DNA of 63,869 nt, counting the filler, from Octopus bimaculoides (Eukaryota), in assembly GCF_001194135.2 (NCBI RefSeq). It is 7 parts of 6 records of this genome, joined end to end, with 100 filler letters (N's around TTAATTAATTAA, not from the genome) between each part and the next. Parts side by side here need not be neighbours in the genome. Positions count along the whole stretch, not along the records: positions 35,958 to 53,930 come from NC_068986.1; positions 54,031 to 57,992 come from NW_026332386.1; positions 58,093 to 61,087 come from NW_026416432.1; positions 61,188 to 63,869 come from NW_026405809.1; 3 more parts are not named here. One strand, 5' to 3'. Every line of letters begins with the position of its first letter. Position 1 is the first letter of the stretch. The translations under genes and the position numbers were made by a program. Shown piece after piece: positions 53,434 through 63,869 of the stretch. The notes under the pieces were generated by a model. That model was not told the origin of the DNA and did no database searches. It saw only the letters and a list, made by a program, of their open reading frames with translations.

Positions 53434-54030
53434 ATAAGTATATACATATATATATAAATTTGTATATATATAGACATATGTACATACATATACATATATG
53501 TATGCAAGTATACAATATATATGTATATGTAGCAATTAGATAGAGAGATAATTTAGACTATACACATAAGCAACGATTTATAAATATACAACGTATACGA
53601 CAGGGTATATAAGAATAGTCATACGAGCACTTGCATATATATATGTGTGTGTGTGTGTTATTTACATATATCTACATATACACACACACAAACAGCCAAT
53701 TCATTCTAGTAAATGTTTAAACACACACACCTACACACACGTATTCACATATACACTCATATACAATATACACATTCATAGATATCTACAAACAGATCTA
53801 TAAACGTGAGTAGCTACCCGTTTATTGTTTATGTACAATTATAACACCTCTTTACACGCATGTATAAAAATAGACATGCATACATATGTAGACATAAATG
53901 CCGGTGTGCATGTGGATATATATATATATANNNNNNNNNNNNNNNNNNNNNNNNNNNNNNNNNNNNNNNNNNNNTTAATTAATTAANNNNNNNNNNNNNN
54001 NNNNNNNNNNNNNNNNNNNNNNNNNNNNNN

Positions 54031-57000
54031 GTACGTACGAAGGAAAGAACGAACGAACATTTTACGTAGGCAGGAAATAATGAAAGAACGTAATAAGAAC
54101 GAACGAACGTACGTAGGTAAAAACGAACGTACGTACGAAGGAAAGAATGAATGATCGAACGTATTACATAGGCAGGAAATAACGAAAGAACGTACGTAGA
54201 AACGAACGAACGTAGGTACGAACGAACGTACGTAAGAAGGAACGAACGTACGAAGGAAAGAACGAACGTACGAAGGAAAGAACGAACGAACGAACGTTTT
54301 ACGTAGGCAGGAAATAACGAAAGAACGTAAGAAAGAACGTACGTACGTATGAAGGAAAGAACGAACGATCTAACGTATTACGTAGGCAGGAAATAACGAA
54401 AGAACGTACGTAGAAACGAACGAACGTAGGTACGAACGAACGTACGTAAGAAGGAACGAACATACGAAGGAAAGAACGAACGAACATGTTACGTAGGCAG
54501 GAAATAACGAAAGAACGTAAGTAAGAACGAACGTACGTACGTATAAACGAACAAACGTACTAACGAACGTACGTACGAAGGAAAGAACGAACGAACATAT
54601 TACGTAGGCAAGAAATAACGAAAGAACGTAAGTAAGAACGAACGAACGTACGTACGGGAAAACGAAGGAATGTACGAACGAACGTACGTACGAAGGAACG
54701 AACGTACGAAGGAAAGAACGAACGAACATATTACGTAGGCAGGAAATAACGAAAGGACGTAAGTACGAACGTACGTACTTAAAAACAAACTTGCGTACGA
54801 AGGAACGTAAGTAAGAACGAAGGCAGGAAATAACGAAAGATCGTACGTAAACACGAACGAAAGAACATATTACGTAGGCAAGAAATAACGAGAGAACGAA
54901 GGAGCGTACGTACGTAAAAACGAACAAACGTACGAACGAACGTACGTACGAAGGAACGAACGTATGTACGAAGGAAAGAACGAACGAACATATTACGTAG
55001 GCAGGAAATAACGAAAGAACGTAAGTAAGAACGAACGAACGTACGTAAAAACGAACGAACGTACGAACGAACGATCGTACGAACGAACGTACGTACGAAG
55101 GAACGAACGTACGAAGGAAAGAACGAACGAACGAACGTTTTACGTAGGCAGGAAATAACGAAAGATCGTTTGTAAACACGAACGAACGAACATATTACGT
55201 AGGCAGGAAATAACAAAAGAACGTAAGTAAGAACGGACGAAGGAAAAAACGAACGAACGAACGTATTACGTACGCAGGAAATAACGAAAGAACCCGAATA
55301 CCAACGTACGTACGTCAAAACGCAAGAACGAAGGAATGAACGTACGAATGAAAAAACGAACGAACGAACGTATTACGTAGGCAGGAAATAACGAAAGAAC
55401 GTACGTAAAAACGAAAGAACGTTCGTACGAAGGAAAGAACGAACGAACGAACGAACATAATACGTAGGCAGGAAATAACGAAAGAACGAACGTACGTACG
55501 TAAAAACGTACGTACGAAGGAACGAACGTACATAGGAAAGAACGAACGAACCAAGGTATTACTTAGGCAGGAAATAACGAAAGAACGCACGTAAAAACGA
55601 ACGAACATACGTACGAAGGAATGAACGAACGAACGAACATATTACGTAGGCAGGAAATTACGAAAGAACGTACGTAAAAAAGGAACGTACGAACCAACGA
55701 ACGTAGGTACGAACGAACGTATGGAAGAAGGAACAAACGTACGGAAGAAGGAACGAACGTACGGCGGAAAGAATGAACGTATTACGTAGGCAGGAAATAA
55801 CGAAAGAACGTACGTACGAAGGAAAGAACGAACGAGCGAACATATTACGTAGGCTGGAAATAACGAAAGAACGAACGTAAAAACGAACGAACGTACGTAA
55901 AAACGAACGTACATACGAAGGAACGAACGAACATGTTACGTAGGTTAGAAATAACGAAAGAACTTCAGAACGAACGTACGTACGTAAAAACGAACGTACG
56001 TACGAAGGAACGAACGTTCGTACGAAGGAACGAACGTACGTACGAAGGAACGAACGTTTGAACGAAAGAACGAAGGAACGAACGTATTACGTAGGCAGGA
56101 AATAAAGAAAGAACGTAAGTAAGAACGAACGTACGTACGTAAAAACGAACGAACTTACGTACGAAGGAACGAACGATCGATCGAACGTATTAGAAAGGCA
56201 GGAAATATCAAAAGAACGTACGTAAAAACGAACGAACGTAGGTACGAATGAACGTACGGAAGAAGGAACGAACGTACGGAAGTAGGAACGAACGTACGAA
56301 GGAAAGAACGAACGAACAAACGTATTACGTAGCCAGGAAATAAAGAAAGAACGTACGTAAAAACGAACGAACGTACGTACGAAGGAAAGAACGAACGAAC
56401 GTATTACGTAGGCAGGAAATAACGAAAGAACGTACGTAAAAACGAACGAACGACCGTAGGAAGGAAACAACGAACGAACGTATTACGTAGGCAGGAAATA
56501 ACGAAAGAACGTACGTAAAAACGAACGAACGACCGTAGGAAGGAAAGAACGAAAGAACGTNNNNNNNNNNNNNNNNNNNNNNNNNNNNNNNNNNNNNNNN
56601 NNNNNNNNNNNNNNNNNNNNNNNNNNNNNNNNNNNNNNNNNNNNNNNNNNNNNNNNNNNNNNNNNNNNNNNNNNNNNNNNNNNNNNNNNNNNNNNNNNNN
56701 NNNNNNNNNNNNNNNNNNNNNNNNNNNNNNNNNNNNNNNNNNNNNNNNNNNNNNNNNNNNNNNNNNNNNNNNNNNNNNNNNNNNNNNNNNNNNNNNNNNN
56801 NNNNNNNNNNNNNNNNNNNNNNNNNNNNNNNNNNNNNNNNNNNNNNNNNNNNNNNNNNNNNNNNNNNNNNNNNNNNNNNNNNNNNNNNNNNNNNNNNNNN
56901 NNNNNNNNNNNNNNNAAATAACGAAGGAACGTACGTAAAAACGAACGAACGTAAGTACGAACGAACGTACGTAAGAAGGAACGAACGTACGAAGGAAAGA

Positions 57001-57966
57001 ACGAACGAACGAATGTATTACGTAGGCAGGAAATAACGAAAGAACGTACGTAAACACGAACGAACGTACGTACGAAGGAATGAACGAACGAACATATTAC
57101 GTAGGCAGGAAATAACGAACGATCGAACGTATTACGTAGGCAGGAAATAACGAAAGAAAGTACGTAAAAACGAACGAACGTACGTACGAAGGAAAGAACG
57201 AACGAGCATATTACGTAGGCAGGAAATAACGAAAGAGGGTAAGTAAGAACGAACGTACCTACTTAAAAACGAACGTACGTAAGACGGAACGAACGTACGA
57301 AAGAACGAACGTATTACGTAGGCAGGAAATAACGAAGGACCGAACGTACGTACGAAGGAAAGAACGAACGAAGACATTACGTAGGCAGGAAATGACGAAA
57401 GAACGTAAGTACGAACGTACGTACGTAAAAACGAACGTACGTACGAAGGAACGAAAGTACGAAGGAAAGAACGAACGAACATATTACGTAGGCAGGAAAT
57501 AACGAAACAACGTAAGTAAGAACGAACGTACGTACGTAAAAACGAACGAACGTACGTACGAACGAACCAACGTACGAAGGAAAGAACGAACGAACATATT
57601 ACGTAGGCAGGAAATAACGAAAGAACGTAAGTACGAACGTACGTACGTAAAAACGAACGTACGTACGAAGGAACAAACGTACGAAGGAAAGAACGAAAGA
57701 TCGAACGTATTACGTAGGCAGGAACGAACGAACGTAGGTATGACCGAACGTACGGAAGAAGGAACGAACGTACGAAGGAACGAACGAACGAACGTATGAA
57801 CGAACGTACGTACAAACGGACGAAGGAACGTACGTACGAACGAACGCACATACGTATTACGAAGACAGGAATTGACGAAGGAACGTACGTACGAACGAAG
57901 AAACGAACGAACGTACGTAAGTACGACCGAACGAACGAACGTACGTTCGTATTACGTAGGCAGGAA
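54031..57966. repeat. CpG-rich modular satellite: anchor TATTACGTAGGCAGGAAATAACGAAAGAACGT separated by variable strings of ACGA/ACGT/AGGA/AAGA tetramers
   Basis: Roughly 35 anchor copies counted by eye, with variable spacing of about 35-150 bp; internal gap at 56561-56915. Confidence 0.93.
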
Positions 57967-58092
57967 ATATATTTATTTATATATATATATTTNNNNNNNN
58001 NNNNNNNNNNNNNNNNNNNNNNNNNNNNNNNNNNNNTTAATTAATTAANNNNNNNNNNNNNNNNNNNNNNNNNNNNNNNNNNNNNNNNNNNN

Positions 58093-58214
58093 AAGAGACC
58101 AATAGAATAAGTACTAGGCTTACAAAGAATAAATCCTGGGATCCATTTGTTTGACTAAAGGCAGTGCTCCAGTATGACCACAGTCAAATGAGTGAAACAA
58201 GTACAAGAGTAAAA

Positions 58215-58215
<1 letters not shown>
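58093..58215 (+). mobile_element. 3' tail of SINE family C
   Basis: AAGAGACCAATAGAATAAGTACTAGGCTTACAAAGAATAA...GTGCTCCAGTATGACCACAGTCAAATGA. Confidence 0.8.
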
Positions 58216-58267
<52 letters not shown>

Positions 58268-58525
58268 TAATGCATACATGTTAATGTAAAAGAGGGGAAA
58301 TATAATGTTGAAGTTGATATTTAAAAGGGGACAGTGAATATGAGAGAAAGAGAGAGAGAGAGAGAGATGTAAGTAAAAGAAGAGAAGGACATATGAAGGA
58401 TACAAAATAGGAAAGGTAGGGTTGTCATCATCATCATCATCATTATTATTATTATTATTACTATTACATTAGTATTGTTGTTGTAATTGTTTTTTTAATT
58501 TTATTTATTATTATTATTATTATTA

Positions 58526-58578
<53 letters not shown>

Positions 58579-58579
58579 T

Positions 58580-58797
58580 GGGCGGTGAGCTGGCAGAATC
58601 GTTAGCACGCTGGGCCAAATGCTTGCCAGTATTTTGTTTGCCGCTACGTTCTGAGTTCAAATTCCACCAAGGTCGACTTTGCCTTTCATCCTTTTGGGGT
58701 CGATTCAATAAGTACCAGTTATGCACTGGGGTCAATGTAATTTACTAGTCCCCTAACCCCAAATTTCAGGCCTTGTGCCTATAGCAAGAAAGGATTA
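58580..58797 (+). mobile_element. SINE family A full copy with ATT tail
   Basis: GGCGGTGAGCTGGCAGAATCGTTAGCACG...GGCCTTGTGCCTATAGCAAGAAAGGATTATT. Confidence 0.9.
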
Positions 58798-59424
58798 TTA
58801 NNNNNNNNNNNNNNNNNNNNNNNNNNNNNNNNNNNNNNNNNNNNNNNNNNNNNNNNNNNNNNNNNNNNNNNNNNNNNNNNNNNNNNNNNNNNNNNNNNNN
58901 NNNNNNNNNNNNNNNNNNNNNNNNNNNNNNNNNNNNNNNNNNNNNNNNNNNNNNNNNNNNNNNNNNNNNNNNNNNNNNNNNNNNNNNNNNNNNNNNNNNN
59001 NNNNNNNNNNNNNNNNNNNNNNNNNNNNNNNNNNNNNNNNNNNNNNNNNNNNNNNNNNNNNNNNNNNNNNNNNNNNNNNNNNNNNNNNNNNNNNNNNNNN
59101 NNNNNNNNNNNNNNNNNNNNNNNNNNNNNNNNNNNNNNNNNNNNNNNNNNNNNNNNNNNNNNNNNNNNNNNNNNNNNNNNNNNNNNNNNNNNNNNNNNNN
59201 NNNNNNNNNNNNNNNNNNNNNNNNNNNNNNNNNNNNNNNNNNNNNNNNNNNNNNNNNNNNNNNNNNNNNNNNNNNNNNNNNNNNGGTGGACTTTGCCTCT
59301 TGTCCTTTTGGGATTGATAAAATAAGAACCAGTTAGGGGCTGGGGTCAATGCAATTGACTAGCCCCCACACCTAAAATTTCAGGATTATTATTATTATCT
59401 TCAAAATATCACCAAAAAATAAGA

Positions 59425-59600
59425 TTGGGTCATGGCTGTAGGGTTAAGGAATTCACTTCAAAACCTTGTGGTCTCGGGTTCAGTCCCACTTTGCAGCACC
59501 TTAAAGTAACTTCTGCTAATGTTCCCGGTTGACCCAAGCCTTGCAAGTGCATTTCATACATGGAACTGATAAATCCTATGGTATATATATGTGTGTGTGT
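59425..59600 (+). mobile_element. Head of SINE family C (diverged)
   Basis: CATGGCTGTAGGGTTAAG..GGTTCAGTCCCACT..GCACCTT followed by (TG)n. Confidence 0.65.
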
Positions 59601-59645
59601 ATATTCATGTGTGCATATCTACATTTGTACTTGTATGTGTATGCA

Positions 59646-59677
<32 letters not shown>

Positions 59678-59984
59678 CACACATGTCTGCCCATGTCCCC
59701 TTGTCTTGTCATCAGCTGCTAATTATAAACAAATGTCCCGTCACACAAACAGTGTCGTTTGTTTGCAGTGTTCCACCAGAAAACATATCCAACCATTGTG
59801 TTGTTCATGTTTGAAGAACTTGGTGAAATACTCTCTTGCTTGTAACCAGGTGAGGATTGGTGACCTTCATCGAGTGTAGTCATACACTTGACTGAGTGGG
59901 ACTCACAAGAACCTGGCAAGAAACAAAACAAAATTATCAGAGGGAAAATAGAGAAGAGAAAATACATCATCTGATGTATTATAA

Positions 59985-60120
59985 AGGTTTTGACATCCAT
60001 TTTCCCAAACTGGCATGGGTAGGACAGTTGAAGAGGAAGCAGTGAGCCAGAGGACATTGGTGAGCTCCAATGAAAGATTTGGCAAGATTTCTACAGCTGG
60101 ATGATCTTCCTAACACCAAA
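59985..60120 (-). mobile_element. Decayed 3' terminus of the RTE family seen at 61189-62655
   Basis: Reverse complement resembles GG.GTTAGGAAG..CATCCAGC.GTAGAAA...CCCATGC.AG.ATGGAAA at about 62520-62640. Confidence 0.6.
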
Positions 60121-61188
60121 TGCACATACACACATGTGTGTGTGTGTGTGTATGAATGTATAAACATGGGTTTACTTATGTTTGATTGTACATCTGATTT
60201 TGCATGCTAGCATGGGTTAGATGAATATATTATTGCAGCATTGTTTTACAGACAGACAGCCTTCCTATTGCTCACCCAAAACCATTTTGCAACAACAAAA
60301 GTTCTTATTTCCCATGTCTTCCAAGGAGGGGGTGATTGGTTGACAGATGTGTCTGCTTGGAGCAACTTAAAACAGATTGCAAACATAAACAAATGCACAG
60401 ACACCTACACACACACACATACTCAGCTCGAGTTCACTGCTTCCTGTAGCAGAAACAGCTGGAAGCTAATGGAAGTGATTACATAACTCATCTTCTTTTG
60501 TTGTTCATTGATTCATATCTATAAACATACATATATACATACNNNNNNNNNNAGTGATTACATAACTCATCTTCTTTTGTTGTTCATTGATTCATATCTA
60601 TAAACATACATATATACATACACAGACACAAACATTTATACATGGGTATGTGAAGGTATATTCATATAATTACATGTGTGTCTATGTATATGTGTATGTA
60701 TGTGTATATATATATACATGTGTGTGTGTGTGTGTGTGTGTGAGTGTATAATATATATTAATATACACATATACATATATATAATATATATATATTAATA
60801 TTTAGCAGAAGTAACAGAGTGACCCAAGATCCAAAAAGTTTCGTTTATTAGCATTTATCAAACTAGTTCTTTGGAGGTAAATTCCCAAACCACCAAAGAA
60901 CTAGTTCGTTGAGTCCCTACTGCCATGCCCCTATTACCCCTACCCCTATCTTTCATCTCTCAAGCTCTCTCTCTCTTCTTTTTACTCTGCTATCTTATTG
61001 TTGTGACAAGGTATATGTGAAACCAAGAGATTGAGGAGAACCTTTACTTTTGTCAAGGACATGGCAATCGTCTCTAGTGACGGTGCCNNNNNNNNNNNNN
61101 NNNNNNNNNNNNNNNNNNNNNNNNNNNNNNNTTAATTAATTAANNNNNNNNNNNNNNNNNNNNNNNNNNNNNNNNNNNNNNNNNNNNT

Positions 61189-62655
61189 AGAGTCAACCTA
61201 GCTAAAACCAAAGTCCTTATAAGTAGAAAGGTAGAGACAACACAAACAACTTCAGGTAGATGGCCCTGCTCGATTTGTAGAAAAGGTGTAGGTAGAAACT
61301 CTATAAGATGTACCCAGCTATGGACACATAACAGGTGCAGCAATATCAAAGGAAGGTTAACAAGGAAGTTAGTTTTTGTATGTGGCAGATTTTCAGGTGT
61401 AATAAACACTACATATGAAGAAAACAACTTCTGTCTCATTACAGGGAGAAAAACCAGACGTAGTTGATAGCTTCCACTATCTGGGTGACCAAGTTAGTAG
61501 TGGGGGTGGGTGCGCTGAAAGTGTAGCTGCTAGAAGAAGAATAGCCTGGGCAAAGTTCAGAGAGCTCTTACCCCGGCTGGTGACAAAGGGCCTCTCACTT
61601 AGAGTAAAAGGCAGACTGTATGATGCATGTGTACGAACAGCCATGCTACATGGCAGTGAAACATGGGCCATGACTGCTGAAGACATGTGTAAGCTTGCAA
61701 GAAATGAAGCCAGTATGCTCCGATGTAATGTCAGTGTGCATACCCGACAGAGCCTAAGTATCTTGAGAGAAAAGTTGAACATAAGAAGCATCAGTTGTGG
61801 TGTGCAAGAGAGACAATTGCGCTGGTATGGACATGTGGTGAGAATGGATGAGGATAGTTGCGTGAAAAACTGCCACACCCTAGCGGTTGAGGGAACCCGT
61901 GGAAGAGGCAGGCCTAGGAAGACCTGGGATGAAGTGGTGAAGCACGACCTCTGAACATTAGGCCTCACCGAGGCAATGACTTGTGACTGTGACCTTTGGA
62001 AATATGCTATGCGTGAGAAGACCCAGCAGGCTAAGTGAGACCAAAATCCAAGGCCTCTGCCTGGGATGTAGCCAGCCTATTTACGCGTAACATTCCTTTA
62101 TTGGACACTAAACTCCGCTTACGAAGACATGGTGCGGCAAGGGAAATCGAAATTGAACTATATTTGTAGGAACACTAAACTCGGCTTGCTAAGACCTGTT
62201 GAGGCAAGCGAAAGTGAAATCATGATGGCACCTGTACCAGTGGAGCACTAAGAGCATCGTCCGAGCGTGATCGTTGCCAGAGCAGCTGTCTGGCTTCTGT
62301 GCCGGTGGCACGTAAATTGCACCAGCATGATCGTTATCAATGTCACCTTGCTGGCACATGAAAAGTCACTCGAGCGAGATCGTTGCCAGTGCCGATGGAC
62401 TGGTTCCTGTGCAGGTGGCATGTAAGATACAACATTTCGAGCGTGGCCGTTGCCAGTACCCGCCCGACTGGCCCTCGTGCTGGTGGCACGTAAAAGCACC
62501 CGCTACACTCCCGGAGTGGTTGGCGTTAGGAAGGGCATCCAGCAGTAGAAACTCTACCAAATCAAACTGGAGCCTGGTGTCGCCTCCTGGTCCACCAGTC
62601 CTCAGTCAAATCGTCCAACCCATGCTAGCATGGAAAGCAGACGTTAAACGACGAC
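61189..62655 (+). mobile_element. RTE-clade LINE 3' portion: RT motifs 6-7 with PHD-like insert, thumb region, 3' UTR and (GAT)n tail
   Basis: VNLAKTKV...SFHYLGDQVSSGGGCAESVAARRRIAWAKFRELLP...LYDACVRTAMLHGSETW...LRWYGHVVRM...RGRGRPRKTW are hallmark RTE motifs. The 3' UTR has internal ~65-70 bp repeats and ends GACGTTAAACGACGACGATGATGATGAT. Frameshifted, and the 5' side is lost in a gap. Confidence 0.92.
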
Positions 62656-62785
62656 GATGATGATGATATACATATATATATATATATATATACATATATA
62701 CATATATATATATACATATATACATATACATATATATATATATATATACATATATACATATACACATATATATATATATATACAT

Positions 62786-62890
62786 AGTTCAAAAAAACAA
62801 TAACAAAAAAACAAAAAAACAACAAAGTGAGGACGTGATATGGATAGTATTATTGGACGCTCAGGAAAGGAAAGAGAGAGTGTATGACGT
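62786..62890 (-). mobile_element. Second copy of the Penelope-like terminal fragment seen at 12050-12260, cut by a gap just before the hammerhead position
   Basis: GAGGACGTGATATGGATAGTATTATTGGACGCTCAGGAAAGGAAAG..GACGT then N run. Confidence 0.5.
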
Positions 62891-63869
62891 NNNNNNNNNN
62901 NNNNNNNNNNNNNNNNNNNNNNNNNNNNNNNNNNNNNNNNNNNNNNNNNNNNNNNNNNNNNNNNNNNNNNNNNNNNNNNNNNNNNNNNNNNNNNNNNNNN
63001 NNNNNNNNNNNNNNNNNNNNNNNNNNNNNNNNNNNNNNNNNNNNNNNNNNNNNNNNNNNNNNNNNNNNNNNNNNNNNNNNNNNNNNNNNNNNNNNNNNNN
63101 NNNNNNNNNNNNNNNNNNNNNNNNNNNNNNNNNNNNNNNNNNNNNNNNNNNNNNNNNNNNNNNNNNNNNNNNNNNNNNNNNNNNNNNNNNNNNNNNNNNN
63201 NNNNNNNNNNNNNNNNNNNNNNNNNNNNNNNNNNNNNNNNNNNNNNNNNNNNNNNNNNNNNNNNNNNNNNNNNNNNNNNNNNNNNNNNNNNNNNNNNNNN
63301 NNNNNNNNNNNNNNNNNNNNNNNNNNNNNNNNNNNNNNNNNNNNNNNNNNNNNNNNNNNNNNNNNNNNNNNNNNNNNNNNNNNNNNNNNNNNNNNNNNNN
63401 NNNNNNNNNNNNNNNNNNNNNNNNNNNNNNNNNNNNNNNNNNNNNNNNNNNNNNNNNNNNNNNNNNNNNNNNNNNNNNNNNNNNNNNNNNNNNNNNNNNN
63501 NNNNNNNNNNNNNNNNNNNNNNNNNNNNNNNNNNCGTGCGTGTGTGTTTGTGTGTATGTGTATGTTGTGTGTATGTGCGTTGCTGTGTACGTGTGTGAGT
63601 GTGCGTTTGCTATTGTATATGCGTGTGTTGTTTATGCCCATGTGTGTATGATTGTATACGTGTCTGTGTGAGTGTGTAGTGTTGGTGAGAAGTGTGTGTG
63701 TATGTGGGTGTGTGCGTGTGTGTGTATATGTGTGGATGTGCGTGTGTGTGTGGGATTGTGAGTGTTAGGTACGGGTGTGTGTGTGTTTATGTGTGTCTGT
63801 ATGTCTTTCCGTGTGCGCTTGTGTGTATATTTTTTGTGCGTGTGTGTATGTGTATATTGTGTATGTTTT

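Noticed and set aside
54031-57966. CRISPR-like repeat-spacer appearance, and long ORFs (FVRSYV-rich) on the minus strand
   Set aside because: Spacers are rearrangements of the same few tetramers rather than unique sequences, lengths vary widely, the context is eukaryotic and there are no cas genes. The ORFs are repeat translations.
60473-60622. About 70 bp direct repeat
   Set aside because: The copies sit on either side of a 10-N gap; most likely unmerged contig overlap.

Overview
Eukaryotic, repeat-dominated non-genic (intergenic or intronic) DNA with many assembly gaps. The repeat landscape (tRNA-derived SINEs with (AAT)n tails, RTE/CR1/Tx1/RLE LINE relics, Penelope-like relics, dense microsatellites) suggests an octopod cephalopod genome; this is inference, not a database result. 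I found no supportable host protein-coding exon. Nearly all long ORFs in the track are microsatellite or N-gap artefacts. Protein-like signal comes only from decayed transposons: R4/Dong-like RLE LINEs, Penelope-like RT and GIY-YIG fragments, CR1, L1/Tx1, RTE with a PHD-like insert, pogo DDE and mariner HTH. Most interesting observations: (1) a three-level nest (hAT MITE > SINE > Penelope-like element) carrying a tRNA-like Pol III-type module inside inverted and direct repeats; (2) several minimal hammerhead-ribozyme-like motifs; (3) a ~555 bp non-coding element found three times, always between (AAT)n arrays, two copies forming a long inverted repeat; (4) a ~3.9 kb CpG-rich modular satellite made of a fixed anchor plus variable tetramer strings. 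None is demonstrably a new biological system from sequence alone. Boundaries of decayed elements are approximate.
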